29,619 bases of DNA from Betaproteobacteria bacterium (GCA_028292065.1 JAQGNC010000477.1:1-29619); one strand, 5' to 3'; positions 17,597 through 27,769 are shown, numbered from the stretch's first letter. The notes: generated by a model not told the origin, from the letters alone. A program made the numbers and translations.

Positions 17597-20191
17597 ATGC
17601 GTTTCGACAAATTCACGACAAAATTCCAGCAAGCGTTCGCCGACGCGCAAAGCACCGCGGTCGGCAACGACAATTCGTACATCGAGCCGCAGCACCTGCT
17701 GTACGCCCTGCTCAACCAGGACGACGGCAGCACCACGTCGCTCCTGCAGCGGGCCGGCGTGAACGTGACGAAGCTCAAATCCGATCTCAAGTCTGCGATC
17801 GACCGCCTGCCGAAAGTCGAGGGCACGGGCGGCGAGGTCAACGTCTCGCGCGATCTCGCGAACCTGCTCAACCTGACCGACAAGGAAGCCCAGAAGCGCG
17901 GCGACCAGTTCATCGCCTCCGAGCTTTTCCTGCTCGCGGTGGTGGAAGACAAAGGCGAGACCGGGCGCCTCCTCAAACAGGCGGGCGCGAACAAGCTGGC
18001 GCTCGAACAGGCGATCAGCGCGGTTCGCGGGGGTGAAAGCGTGCAGGACCAGGAAGCCGAGGGCGCGCGCGAAGCGCTCAAGAAATACACCACCGACTTG
18101 ACCGAGCGCGCGCGCGCCGGCAAGCTCGACCCGGTCATCGGCCGCGACGACGAGATCCGCCGCTCGATCCAGATCCTCCAGCGCCGCACCAAGAACAACC
18201 CGGTGCTGATCGGCGAGCCCGGCGTGGGCAAGACCGCGATCGTCGAAGGCCTCGCCCAGCGCATCGTCAACGACGAAGTTCCGGAGACCCTCAAAGGCAA
18301 GAAAGTCCTGTCGCTCGACATGGCTTCGCTGCTCGCGGGCGCGAAATACCGCGGCGAGTTCGAAGAGCGCCTGAAATCGGTGCTCAAGGAGATCGCCCAG
18401 GAGGAAGGCCGCATCATCGTCTTCATCGACGAGATCCACACGATGGTCGGCGCCGGCAAAGCCGAAGGCGCGATGGACGCGGGCAACATGCTCAAACCCG
18501 CGCTCGCGCGAGGCGAGCTGCACTGCATCGGCGCGACCACGCTCGACGAGTATCGCAAGTACATCGAGAAAGACGCCGCGCTCGAGCGCCGCTTCCAGAA
18601 AGTGATGGTCGACGAGCCTTCGGTCGAAGCGACGATCGCGATCCTGCGCGGCCTGCAGGAAAAATACGAGCTGCACCACAGTGTCGAGATCACCGACCCC
18701 GCGATCGTCGCGGCGGCCGAGCTGTCGCACCGCTATATCACCGACCGGTTCCTGCCCGACAAGGCGATCGATCTCATCGATGAGGCTGCGTCCCGCATCA
18801 AGATGGAAATCGATTCCAAACCGGAGGTGATGGACCGGCTCGAGCGCCGGCTGATCCAGTTGAAGATCGAGCGCGAAGCGGTCAAGAAGGAAAAGGACGA
18901 AGCGTCGAAGAAGCGCTTCGAGCTGATCGAGCAGGAGATCGAGAATCTCGAGCGCGAGCTCGCCGATCTCGAGGAGATCTGGAAAGCCGAGAAAGCGATG
19001 GTGCAGGGCACCGCGCACATCAAGGAAGAGATCGAGCGGGTCAAGGCAGACATCGTGAAGCTCCAGCGCGAAGCGAAGTTCGACAAGGTCGCTGAGCTTC
19101 AGTACGGCAAGCTGCCGGCGCTCGAAGCGCAGCTGAAGCAGGCCGAGACCGCCGACGAAGGCAAGGTCAAGCCGAAGCTGCTACGCACGCACGTCGGCGC
19201 GGAAGAGATCGCCGAAGTCGTCTCGCGCATGACCGGCATACCGGTCTCGAAGATGATGCAGGGCGAGCGCGACAAGCTGCTCCAGATGGAAGATGCGCTG
19301 CACCGCCGCGTCGTCGGCCAGGACGAAGCGGTGCGCCTGGTGTCGGACGCAATCCGGCGCTCGCGCGCAGGGTTGGGTGATCCGAAGCGCCCGTACGGCT
19401 CGTTCCTCTTCCTCGGACCGACCGGGGTGGGGAAGACCGAGCTCACCAAAGCGCTCGCCGAGTTCCTGTTCGATTCGGAAGACCATCTCATCCGCATCGA
19501 CATGTCCGAATTCATGGAGAAGCATTCGGTCGCGCGCCTGATCGGCGCGCCGCCGGGTTACGTCGGCTATGAAGAAGGCGGTTACCTCACCGAAGCGGTG
19601 CGCCGCAAGCCGTACTCGGTGATCCTGCTCGACGAAGTCGAGAAGGCGCACCACGACGTCTTCAACGTGCTGCTCCAGGTGCTCGACGACGGGCGCATGA
19701 CCGACGGGCAGGGCCGCACGGTCGATTTCAAGAACACCGTGATCGTGATGACCTCGAACCTCGGCTCGCAGATGATCCAGGCGATGGTCGGCGAGGAGTA
19801 CGCCGCGGTCAAAGGCGCGGTCATGGCGGAAGTGAAGAACCATTTCCGTCCGGAGTTCATCAACCGCATCGACGAGATCGTGGTGTTCCATTCGCTCGAC
19901 GAGAAGAACATCAGGGAAATCGCGCGCTACCAGCTCCAGTACCTCGAGAAGCGTCTCGCGGCGATGGACATGAAGCTCGAAGTCACCGACGCCGCGCTGC
20001 GAGAGCTTGCCTCGGCCGGTTTCGACCCGGTCTTCGGTGCGAGACCGCTCAAGCGCTCGATCCAGACCCACATCGAGAACCCGCTCTCGCGCGCCATTCT
20101 CGAAGGGCGGTTCGGGCCGAAAGACACGATCAAGGTCGATGCTCGAAAAGGCGAGATCGTGTTCGAGAAGGAACTGGCGGCCGCGGCATAG
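17597..20191 (+). CDS. clpB: ATP-dependent chaperone ClpB
   Basis: MRFDKFT N-domain, [18 protein letters not shown], coiled-coil M domain, [40 protein letters not shown]; 864 aa. Confidence 0.98.
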   Translation: MRFDKFTTKFQQAFADAQSTAVGNDNSYIEPQHLLYALLNQDDGSTTSLLQRAGVNVTKLKSDLKSAIDRLPKVEGTGGEVNVSRDLANLLNLTDKEAQKRGDQFIASELFLLAVVEDKGETGRLLKQAGANKLALEQAISAVRGGESVQDQEAEGAREALKKYTTDLTERARAGKLDPVIGRDDEIRRSIQILQRRTKNNPVLIGEPGVGKTAIVEGLAQRIVNDEVPETLKGKKVLSLDMASLLAGAKYRGEFEERLKSVLKEIAQEEGRIIVFIDEIHTMVGAGKAEGAMDAGNMLKPALARGELHCIGATTLDEYRKYIEKDAALERRFQKVMVDEPSVEATIAILRGLQEKYELHHSVEITDPAIVAAAELSHRYITDRFLPDKAIDLIDEAASRIKMEIDSKPEVMDRLERRLIQLKIEREAVKKEKDEASKKRFELIEQEIENLERELADLEEIWKAEKAMVQGTAHIKEEIERVKADIVKLQREAKFDKVAELQYGKLPALEAQLKQAETADEGKVKPKLLRTHVGAEEIAEVVSRMTGIPVSKMMQGERDKLLQMEDALHRRVVGQDEAVRLVSDAIRRSRAGLGDPKRPYGSFLFLGPTGVGKTELTKALAEFLFDSEDHLIRIDMSEFMEKHSVARLIGAPPGYVGYEEGGYLTEAVRRKPYSVILLDEVEKAHHDVFNVLLQVLDDGRMTDGQGRTVDFKNTVIVMTSNLGSQMIQAMVGEEYAAVKGAVMAEVKNHFRPEFINRIDEIVVFHSLDEKNIREIARYQLQYLEKRLAAMDMKLEVTDAALRELASAGFDPVFGARPLKRSIQTHIENPLSRAILEGRFGPKDTIKVDARKGEIVFEKELAAAA

Positions 20192-20223
20192 CCGCCGAAG
20201 GGGGCGGGCGATGTGTGCAGGCG

Positions 20224-20375
20224 TTTCCCCTCACCCCGACCCTCTCCCCGCCGCGCGGGGCGAGGGAGAGTTAGCGGCACCGCCGCTGCCGGTTCCCTCT
20301 CCCCTGTTGGGGAGAGGGTTAGGGTGAGGGGAAAACGGCCCGCGAAGGCTCCCTCGCCCCGCAGAGCGGAGTGGG
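20224..20375. repeat. CCCTCTCCC/GGGAGAGGG-type palindromic repeat cluster
   Basis: Outer inverted arms TTTCCCCTCACCCCGACCCTCTCCCC and GGGGAGAGGGTTAGGGTGAGGGGAAA (20224-20334), each arm with its own hairpin. A third degenerate unit at 20349-20375 has CTCCCTCGCCCCGC exactly inverted to 20255-20268. Confidence 0.85.
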
Positions 20376-20392
20376 CGCGTTGTTCACCATCC

Positions 20393-21535
20393 TCACAGCT
20401 TCATCGGTCTCCAGTATCCCGTCAGTTCGAGGTAGCCGCGCCCGACGGCCTTGCCTGCGGCGAGCGCGCGCACCGCGCCTTCCCAGTACACCGTGCCGAC
20501 CGACGCGCGGCTGTCGCTTTCCTGGTCGTCCATCAGCGCCTCGAGCGTGAGCTCGAGTGCCCCGGCGCGAATCCGCCACGCGACCGGGTAAGTCGCGCCG
20601 GTGCGCGATGAGCGCCACTGGCGCAGCGGGGTGAAGTCGACCTCGGCCGGGGTGAAAGCACGACGCACCCCTCGCGCCTCGCGGTAAGCGCCGCCGGCCC
20701 ACACCTTGCCGCCTTTGGAATCGCGCATCCTGAAAGCCATCAGCGCGCCGCCGTCTTCCAGATTGATCCCGATCCAGTCCCAGCCTGCGGCGCGTTCGTC
20801 CATGTAGCTCGACGACCACTCGTGATCGAGCCACGCGCGGCCGGTGACGCTCGTGCGCTTTCCGGACTCCTGGATCGCACCGGTCACCGCGAGGTGCGGG
20901 ACGCTGTAGTAGTAGCTCGCCGACTCCGGATGCGGTCCTTTGCGGCTGTAGCCGCCGTCGCCCTGCACGAGAGGCGGCTGCGTCTGCGTGAACGCGAGAT
21001 CGAGCGCGAAGTCGCCGGCGGGTATGCGCGCGCGGTAGACCTTTGCGTCCTGGGTGAGCGACCAGTCGTCTATCCACACTTTCGTCGAACCGGGCGACGC
21101 ACCCGCGAGCTCGAAAGCCGCACGCGCGACGCGCTGGTCATGCAGCAGCCTGCCGCGCGCGGGGTCGCTCAACGCCGCGTGCGCGATCAGGACCTGTCGC
21201 GCAGTGAAAGCGCTCGGGTTGCGCTCGTCGATCGCGGGCCGGGTCCTGAAGAACGTGATCTGGAAGCCGAGCGGCGCGTGTGCCTCGCGGTCGAGCCAGC
21301 CGGTGACGTACCACCACTCGGTGCGAAATTCGGGGTGGCTGCCTTCGTCGTCGGGAAAGAGGATGCGGTAGCCGGGAAGCACCTGCTTGAAAGGCGTGAA
21401 GCGTGAGGTGGGAGGCGTGAGGCTGGATGTTGCGCCGAGCGCCTGCGCGAACGATCGCGATGGGCCGGCCAGCAGCGCCAAGGTGGTCAGTAGGCGGCGC
21501 CTGCGGGACGCCTTAGCGAGCGGACTACGCCTCAC
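20393..21535 (-). CDS. secreted lipocalin-like / CrtC-AttH family protein
   Basis: Twin-arginine-like signal RRRRLL, HPEFRTEWWYVTG, GFQITFFR, SYYYSVP, AWLDHEWSS, GWDWIG, YWEG, GRGYLELTGY. Confidence 0.88.
   Translation of the reverse strand: MRRSPLAKASRRRRLLTTLALLAGPSRSFAQALGATSSLTPPTSRFTPFKQVLPGYRILFPDDEGSHPEFRTEWWYVTGWLDREAHAPLGFQITFFRTRPAIDERNPSAFTARQVLIAHAALSDPARGRLLHDQRVARAAFELAGASPGSTKVWIDDWSLTQDAKVYRARIPAGDFALDLAFTQTQPPLVQGDGGYSRKGPHPESASYYYSVPHLAVTGAIQESGKRTSVTGRAWLDHEWSSSYMDERAAGWDWIGINLEDGGALMAFRMRDSKGGKVWAGGAYREARGVRRAFTPAEVDFTPLRQWRSSRTGATYPVAWRIRAGALELTLEALMDDQESDSRASVGTVYWEGAVRALAAGKAVGRGYLELTGYWRPMKL
21393..21422. repeat. degenerate 4 x 7-bp repeat inside the lipocalin coding sequence
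   Basis: GGCGTGA AGCGTGA GGTGGGA GGCGTGA GG; inverted relative to the 21530 repeat. Confidence 0.65.
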
Positions 21536-21564
21536 TCCTCACTCCTCACTCCTCACGCCTCATC
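21530..21564. repeat. 5 x 7-bp tandem repeat (CCTCACT)
   Basis: CCTCACT CCTCACT CCTCACT CCTCACG CCTCATC between the permease stop and the lipocalin start. Confidence 0.9.
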
Positions 21565-24133
21565 ACCAGTCCTCGCGCACTGCGCGAGTCACTTCCCCGC
21601 TCATCGCGCGGCGGCCGCTGAGCATCGCGGTGACCGTCGCGGCGGCGACCAACGCGGCGCCGAGGACCGCCAGATCGCGCCACGGGATGGTCATGTCCAT
21701 GCTCCAGTGGAACGACTGGCGGTTGATCACGTGCACGAGGATGAGGCTGATGAGCCAGCCGAACGCCAGCCCCGCAGCGACGCCGAGGCTGCCGACGACC
21801 GCGCCTTCGCACGCGAGCATCGCGCCGACTTGCCGCCGCGTCATCCCGAGGTGACGCAGCACGCCGAACTCGCGGCGCCGCGCGAGCGCCTGCGCGCTGA
21901 AGCTCGCGCTGACGCCGAACATGCCGATGAGCACCGCCGCGACTTCGAGCGCGTAAGTCACGGCGAACGTGCGGTCGAAGATCGCGAGCGAGACCGCTTT
22001 GAGCTCGCGAGTCGAGATCGTCTCCACGCCGGCCTCATTGGCGACCGCGGCGCGCACCCCTTCGGCCACCGCGTCGGCGCGAGCGCCGGGGTCCAGGGTC
22101 AGCGCGGCTTCGTTCGCCCGCTCGTCCCCGGTGAGCGCGACGTAGGTCGCGCGGTCGACCACGATCGCGCCGTTCTGGCGCGCGTAGTCGCGCCAGATTC
22201 CCGCGACGACGAAGCGCTTTGCCGCGGTGCCTTTCGGCTGCGTCCCCGTGCCGATCGGCAGGTCGATCGTCGCGCCCACCGTGACGCGCAGCACGTCCGC
22301 GGCGACTTCGGACAGCCACGCGGGCGGGGCGTCGCCAGCGCCGGGCGTCAGCACGGGCCCTTCGAAAGGCAGCGCCGGCGCCGAGCCCCCTCGCGGCAGC
22401 GGACGCGCGAGCAGCGACAGCGGCGGACGGTCGGTCCGCAGGTACACGTTCTGGCTGCGTATGAACGCGGCGCTCGCCACGCCGGCGACGCGGCCGATGC
22501 GCGCCTGCTCGTCAGGCGTAAAGAACCCGGCGTCACCCAGACGCCCGGCGCGCACGTAGAGGTCGGCGGGAAGCATCTGGTCGAGCCACGCCGCGAGCGA
22601 ATCGCGGAACGACCCAACCATGATCAGCATCGACACCATCAGGCTGAAGCTCGCCAGGATCGCCGCGAGGCTGACACCGACCTGCCGCGGGGTCGCCTGC
22701 AACTGCGCGGCGGCGAGCGTCGCCGGCGCGTACCTCAGCGGCGGCAGCCGGCTCAGGACTGCTTGCGCGAAGCGCGGCATCGCGAGGATCGCACCGACGA
22801 GTATTGCCGCCACCGCGAAATAACCGGCGATCGGAAGGTCGCCCACCGGCGGTGCCTGAGCGAGCACCCATGCGGCGGCGAACAGCGCCAGGCTCGGAAC
22901 CACGCTTTGCAGGGCGCTCAGCGCCTCTTCCTCGTCGCCCGCTTTGAGGGCGAGGGCGGGCGCACGCCGTGCCGCTTCGAGCGCCGGCAGCGCGGCGCCG
23001 AGCATCGCGAAGAGCAGGCCGAGCGCAAAGAACACCGCGAGCGCTGCAGGGTCTACGTGCAGCGCGGGCGCGACCGAGTGGAAATAGCCTGCGCCGAGAT
23101 CGCCGCCGAGGCGCGCGATGCCGATTCGCGCGAGCCCGACGCCGAGCGCCACGCCCAGCGCCGAGCCCGCGATCCCGAGGACAGCCCCTTCGATGACGAG
23201 CGCTCGCGTGAGCTCGGCGCCGGTGACTCCGATGACTCGCAGCAGCGCAAGCTGCGAACGCCGCCGCACGAGCGCGAGAAACTGGGTCGAGAACACCAGG
23301 AAAGCGCCGGTAAAGAGCGCAACGAGTGCGAGCATGTCGAGGTTGGTGCGGTAGGCGCGCGACAGGCTCGCGCTGCGCTCGGCTTCGGCTTCGGGTGTCG
23401 CGATGATCGTGCCCGCCGGAAGCAGCGGCGCGAGCTCGCGCGAGAACCGGGCGGTCGAGGCGCCGGGCTCGAGCTTCACGTCGATCCGGTGCAGCTCGCC
23501 GACGCGGCCGAAGATCCATTGCGCCTGCGCGATGTCCATCACCGCGACGCGCTGCCCCGTCGCGCCCGCGGGCAGCAGCGCGGCGATTCGCAGGGTGACG
23601 ACCTGCGTGCCCGACTGCAGCCGCAGCGTGTCGTGCGGTTTGAGTCCGAGCTCGTCCGCGGCGCTGCGCGAGAGCAGGACCACGCCGGGCTTCAGCATAT
23701 CGAGCAGCGCGTCGCGGCTTTCGAGCAGCAGGTGCGGCTGGACTTGAAGTGCGCGAAACGGATCGAGACCGAGCACCTTTATCGTTTCGTGCCGGCCCGC
23801 GAGCTGGGCGTCGAGCTCCACGCCCGGGCTCGCGGCGCGTACGCCTGCGCGCTTCGCGATGTACGGATAGAGCGAATCAGGGAATCCGCTGCGCGGACCG
23901 CGCACCACCAGGTCGGCTTCACCGGCGAGCGAGCGCACCGCGAGATTGAATTCATTCGCCGCGCTCGCGTTGATGAGGTGCACCGCGACCCCGAGCGCGA
24001 CCCCGAAAGCGATGCCGAGGATCGCGAGGACAAGCCGTCCGGGGTGATCGCGCCAGGCGCCGCCGGAGGAAGCCCGCAGTATCGCGCAGTGTGTCCGCAA
24101 TATCGCGAACCTCGCGCGCAGCGACCGCGTCAC
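21563..24133 (-). CDS. ABC transporter permease, FtsX/MacB-like duplicated type (AttF/G-like)
   Basis: LAILGIAFGVALGVAV, AVMDIAQAQ, RRRSQLALLRVIG, RRREFGVLRHLGMT, HVINRQSFHWSM; two periplasmic domains; 856 aa. Confidence 0.92.
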   Translation of the reverse strand: MTRSLRARFAILRTHCAILRASSGGAWRDHPGRLVLAILGIAFGVALGVAVHLINASAANEFNLAVRSLAGEADLVVRGPRSGFPDSLYPYIAKRAGVRAASPGVELDAQLAGRHETIKVLGLDPFRALQVQPHLLLESRDALLDMLKPGVVLLSRSAADELGLKPHDTLRLQSGTQVVTLRIAALLPAGATGQRVAVMDIAQAQWIFGRVGELHRIDVKLEPGASTARFSRELAPLLPAGTIIATPEAEAERSASLSRAYRTNLDMLALVALFTGAFLVFSTQFLALVRRRSQLALLRVIGVTGAELTRALVIEGAVLGIAGSALGVALGVGLARIGIARLGGDLGAGYFHSVAPALHVDPAALAVFFALGLLFAMLGAALPALEAARRAPALALKAGDEEEALSALQSVVPSLALFAAAWVLAQAPPVGDLPIAGYFAVAAILVGAILAMPRFAQAVLSRLPPLRYAPATLAAAQLQATPRQVGVSLAAILASFSLMVSMLIMVGSFRDSLAAWLDQMLPADLYVRAGRLGDAGFFTPDEQARIGRVAGVASAAFIRSQNVYLRTDRPPLSLLARPLPRGGSAPALPFEGPVLTPGAGDAPPAWLSEVAADVLRVTVGATIDLPIGTGTQPKGTAAKRFVVAGIWRDYARQNGAIVVDRATYVALTGDERANEAALTLDPGARADAVAEGVRAAVANEAGVETISTRELKAVSLAIFDRTFAVTYALEVAAVLIGMFGVSASFSAQALARRREFGVLRHLGMTRRQVGAMLACEGAVVGSLGVAAGLAFGWLISLILVHVINRQSFHWSMDMTIPWRDLAVLGAALVAAATVTAMLSGRRAMSGEVTRAVREDW

Positions 24134-24801
24134 CCGGTCTGCACCGCCAGGCCGTCCTGCGTCAGTACGTAAACACGATCGGCGGTGCGCGCGGCCGACC
24201 CGGAATGCGTCACGAGTATGCCGCCGCCCGCGCGCTGTTTGACCTGCTCGCGCAGCAGCGTGAGCACCTGGGCGGCGGCTTCGCGATCGAGGTTGCCCGT
24301 CGGCTCGTCGGCGAGCATGAGCTGAGGCTCGTGCACGAGCGCGCGTGCGATCGCGGCGCGCTGCGCTTCGCCGCCCGAGATCGAGCGCGGAAAATCATTG
24401 GCGAGCTTCAGGATGCCGACCGCCTCGAGGATGGCGCCGACGCGCCGGTTCGCCTGGTCGCGAGGCATCTCGGCGATGTCGAGCGGCAGGCGCACGTTCT
24501 GCGACACCGTCAGGTGCGGCAGCAGGTGGATCGCCTGGAACACGAAACCCATGCGGTGGCGGCGCAGCCGGGTGCGCGCGTTGTCGTCGAGCGCGGAGAG
24601 ATCGGTCCCGTCGAGGACGACGCTGCCTGCGTCGGGCAGATCGAGGCCGGCGATGAGATTGAGCAGTGTCGATTTCCCCGCGCCCGATTCGCCCATGATT
24701 GCGACGAACTCGCCGTCGCCTACGCTGAGCGAAACGTCGCGCAGCACCTGGCGCGCCCGCGGGCCTGCATAGGATTTGGTGACGGCGTTCAGAGTCAGCA
24801 C
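24130..24801 (-). CDS. ABC transporter ATP-binding protein (LolD/MacB-like)
   Basis: Walker A GESGAGKS, signature ISGGEAQR, Walker B LMLADEPTGNLD, H-loop VTHS. GTGA overlap with the permease. Confidence 0.95.
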   Translation of the reverse strand: MLTLNAVTKSYAGPRARQVLRDVSLSVGDGEFVAIMGESGAGKSTLLNLIAGLDLPDAGSVVLDGTDLSALDDNARTRLRRHRMGFVFQAIHLLPHLTVSQNVRLPLDIAEMPRDQANRRVGAILEAVGILKLANDFPRSISGGEAQRAAIARALVHEPQLMLADEPTGNLDREAAAQVLTLLREQVKQRAGGGILVTHSGSAARTADRVYVLTQDGLAVQTG

Positions 24802-24871
24802 GGTGGTTTCGGACGAGCGCGGTGGAATCGGAGCGCGGCAACGGCGGCGCGGGAGCGTGCAACGCGCTCGA

Positions 24872-24880
24872 TGCTATCAT
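24872..24880 (+). promoter_or_regulatory. putative extended -10 promoter for the Bug gene
   Basis: TG-C-TATCAT about 40 nt upstream of GTG 24922; GAGGAG RBS at 24909-24914. Confidence 0.45.
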
Positions 24881-24921
24881 GCTCGGCGTTCGTTACTCAG
24901 TAAGCTCCGAGGAGAATAACC

Positions 24922-25899
24922 GTGAAATCAACGACATTACGCGTGTGCGGGTTCGCCGTCGCGCTGGCTGCCGCGTTCGCCGGCGCCGCCGCCGCACAGA
25001 GCTACCCTGCGCGCCCGGTGCGTCTGATCATCCCCTTTTCGCCGGGCGGCGCCGCCGACGTCCCCGGCCGCATTCTCGGCGATCGCCTGACCAAGGTGCT
25101 CGGGCAGCAGGTCGTCATCGAGAACCGCCCCGGCGCGGGCTCGACGATCGGCGCCGAAGCCGCGGCCAAATCGCCGCCCGACGGCTACACCCTGTTCATG
25201 ATCAGCAACACTCATTTCGTGAGCGCAGGCCTCTACAAGAAGCTCACTTACGATTCGCTGAACGACTTTACCCCGATCACCCAGATCACCGCGGCGCCGA
25301 ACATCCTCGTCATTCATCCTTCGCTTCCCGCGAAGAACGTGAAAGAGCTGATCGCGCTCGCGAAATCGCGGCCGGGGCAGATCAATTACGCGTCATCGGG
25401 CAACGGCAGCACCCAGCATCTGACCGGGGCGCTCTTCTGCAAGATGGCCGGCATCAACATGACGCACATCCCGTATCGCGGCAGCGGTCCGGTCACCGCC
25501 GACTTGATCGGCGGGCAGGTGCAAGTCGGGTTCCCGGGGATCGCCGGCATGCTGCCGCACATCAAGGCCGGCAAGCTGCGCGCGCTCGGCATCAGCAGCG
25601 CGAAGCGCTCCCCCGAATTGCCTGACGTGCCGACGATCGCGGAAGCGGGCGTCAAAGGCTACGAGATGGTCGCGTGGTTCGGTATCGCGGCGCCGAAAGG
25701 ACTGCCGCGCGAGATCCAGACGCGCATTCACGGCGATCTGCTCAAGGTGCTCAAGACACCCGACATGCAAAAGAGCATGAGAGACGTCGGCCAGGAAGTG
25801 GCGTACCAGGAAAAACCCGAGCAGTTCCACGACTTCATGAAAGTCGAAGCCGCGAAGTGGGCGAAGGTGGTGCACGAGAGCGGCGCCAAAGTGGAGTGA
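24922..25899 (+). CDS. Bug / TctC family tripartite tricarboxylate transporter substrate-binding protein
   Basis: Signal peptide ending AAAQ-S, YPARPVRLIIPFSPGG, VVIENRPGAG, PPDGYTL, YASSGNGS, HIPYRGSGP, LPDVPTIAEAG. Confidence 0.95.
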   Translation: MKSTTLRVCGFAVALAAAFAGAAAAQSYPARPVRLIIPFSPGGAADVPGRILGDRLTKVLGQQVVIENRPGAGSTIGAEAAAKSPPDGYTLFMISNTHFVSAGLYKKLTYDSLNDFTPITQITAAPNILVIHPSLPAKNVKELIALAKSRPGQINYASSGNGSTQHLTGALFCKMAGINMTHIPYRGSGPVTADLIGGQVQVGFPGIAGMLPHIKAGKLRALGISSAKRSPELPDVPTIAEAGVKGYEMVAWFGIAAPKGLPREIQTRIHGDLLKVLKTPDMQKSMRDVGQEVAYQEKPEQFHDFMKVEAAKWAKVVHESGAKVE

Positions 25900-25901
25900 C
25901 G

Positions 25902-26129
25902 ATGAACATTTCTGCGACGATCGGAGTCTTTGCGGCGGTCGTATTCGCCACGGTATGCGCAGGCTTTGCCGTGACCGGCTTCATGTCTCTCGGATCGATG
26001 ACCGATCCGGCGCAGGCCGCCGACGCCCGAGGCTTCTCGTGGTTCTGGACTTTTCTCGGCGCGGTCGCCGTGGTATTCGGCGCGGTCTCGTTGTGGATCG
26101 CTCGCACCCAAGCGGGCAGGGATGCATGA
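25902..26129 (+). CDS. small hypothetical membrane protein (75 aa, 2 predicted TM helices)
   Basis: ATG 2 nt after the Bug stop with GGAG upstream; two hydrophobic segments (IGVFAAVVFATVCAGFAVTGF and FSWFWTFLGAVAVVFGAVSLWI). Confidence 0.7.
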   Translation: MNISATIGVFAAVVFATVCAGFAVTGFMSLGSMTDPAQAADARGFSWFWTFLGAVAVVFGAVSLWIARTQAGRDA

Positions 26130-26281
26130 GCCTATAGTTCGTTCAGTGCATGGAAGAGGCTTTCTGATGAGCGAATCGCCCATCTGATCGCCGATGCGCG
26201 GACTGCTTGACGAACGTGTTCCGTCGCACGGCCGCATTATCCCGCTCGCGAGCGCCCGCCGCGTCCCGCATTCGCGTTCCC

Positions 26282-26287
26282 TATAAT
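26282..26287 (+). promoter_or_regulatory. putative -10 box for the aldehyde dehydrogenase gene
   Basis: Perfect TATAAT 29 nt upstream of ATG 26317 with a GGAGG RBS; the -35 position is poor, which may imply activator dependence. Confidence 0.5.
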
Positions 26288-26316
26288 GGGCCTCGACGAA
26301 TATTGGAGGATTCCGC

Positions 26317-27744
26317 ATGTACGAAAAACTAGCGATGTATATCGACGGCGCGTTCGTCGAAGCCGAAGGCCGCAAGACCGAGCCCGTGGTGAACCCCGCC
26401 AGCGGTGAAGTGCTCGGCCAGTTGCCGCACGCGAGCCGCGAGGATCTCGATCGCGCACTGGCCGCCGCGCAGCGCGCTTTCGAAACGTGGAAGAAGTCGT
26501 CACCGCTCGATCGCTCGGCGATTTTGCGCAAAGTGGCCGAGCTCGCACGCAGCCGAGCACAGGACATCGGGCGCAACATCACGCTCGACCAGGGCAAGCC
26601 CCTCGCCGAATCCATCGGCGAAATCATGGCGTGCGCCGAGCACGCCGAGTGGCACGCCGAAGAGTGCCGCCGCATCTACGGGCGCGTCATACCGCCGCGC
26701 CGCCCCGACGTGCGCCAGTTCGTGCTGCGCGAGCCGGTCGGGGTGTGCGTGGCGTTCACGCCGTGGAATTTCCCGTTCAACCAGGCGATCCGCAAGATGG
26801 TCGCGGCGATCGGCGCGGGTTGCACGCTCGTCCTCAAGGGACCCGAAAGCTCGCCGAGCGCGGTCGTCGCGCTGGCGCGTCTCTTTCACGATGCCGGCCT
26901 CCCGCCGGGTTGCCTCAATATCGTGTGGGGTGTTCCCGCGGAGATATCGGACTACCTGATCAAGTCGCCGATCGTGCGCAAGGTTTCGTTCACCGGTTCG
27001 ATACCGGTCGGCAAGCAGCTCGCGGCGCTCGCCGGCGCGCACATGAAGCGCGGGACGTGGGAGCTCGGCGGGCATTCGCCGGCGCTCGTCTTCGATGACG
27101 CGGACGTCGATCAGGCCGCGGTCACCCTCGCCAGGCTCAAGATACGCAACGCCGGGCAGGTGTGCGTATCGCCTTCGCGCTTTTACGTCCAAAGCAGGAT
27201 CTACGATCGCTTCGCCGCCAAGTTCATCGAGACGATCAAGGCAATCAGCGTCGGCAACGGCCTCGACAAGGCGACGCAGATGGGCCCGCTCGCGCACGCG
27301 CGGCGAGTCGACGTCATGCAGGCTTTCGTCGAAGACGCGGTGTCGCACGGGGGCGAGATCGTCACCGGCGGCACGCGCCTCAAAGGGTCGGGATTTTTCT
27401 TCCCGCCGACGGTCATCACCGGTCTTCCCGACCACGCGAAGCTCATGACCGACGAGCCTTTCGGTCCGATCGCGCCGCTGGTGCCGTTCACCGATCCTGA
27501 AGACGCGATCCGGCGCGCGAACAGCCTGCCTTACGGCCTCTCGTCCTACGTCTTCACCGAATCGCTGAAGACTGCGACGTATGCGGCGAACGCGCTCGAA
27601 GCCGGCATGGTGAACATCAACCACTTCGGCATCGCGCTGTCGGAGACGCCATTCGGCGGGGTCAAGGATAGCGGCATCGGCAGCGAGGGTGGAACCGAAA
27701 CCTTCGACGGTTATCTCGTCACCAAATTCGTGACGCAGGTCTGA
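26317..27744 (+). CDS. NAD-dependent aldehyde dehydrogenase, succinate-semialdehyde / 2-oxoglutarate-semialdehyde (AraE-like) type
   Basis: [21 protein letters not shown] (catalytic Glu), NAGQVC (catalytic Cys), [14 protein letters not shown]. Substrate cannot be determined from sequence alone. Confidence 0.9.
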   Translation: MYEKLAMYIDGAFVEAEGRKTEPVVNPASGEVLGQLPHASREDLDRALAAAQRAFETWKKSSPLDRSAILRKVAELARSRAQDIGRNITLDQGKPLAESIGEIMACAEHAEWHAEECRRIYGRVIPPRRPDVRQFVLREPVGVCVAFTPWNFPFNQAIRKMVAAIGAGCTLVLKGPESSPSAVVALARLFHDAGLPPGCLNIVWGVPAEISDYLIKSPIVRKVSFTGSIPVGKQLAALAGAHMKRGTWELGGHSPALVFDDADVDQAAVTLARLKIRNAGQVCVSPSRFYVQSRIYDRFAAKFIETIKAISVGNGLDKATQMGPLAHARRVDVMQAFVEDAVSHGGEIVTGGTRLKGSGFFFPPTVITGLPDHAKLMTDEPFGPIAPLVPFTDPEDAIRRANSLPYGLSSYVFTESLKTATYAANALEAGMVNINHFGIALSETPFGGVKDSGIGSEGGTETFDGYLVTKFVTQV

Positions 27745-27769
27745 TTCGCCCTTGGACCGAAGGTCAGAA

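Noticed and set aside
15380-19018. 1212-aa antisense ORF and other long shadow ORFs (238-2127, 5495-7555, 10076-11290, 11233-12636, 12660-13901, 21707-24172, 26500-27951)
   Set aside because: They lie antisense to well-supported genes, are Arg/Ala-rich and show no recognisable motifs. Such ORFs are expected in high-GC DNA with strong codon bias.
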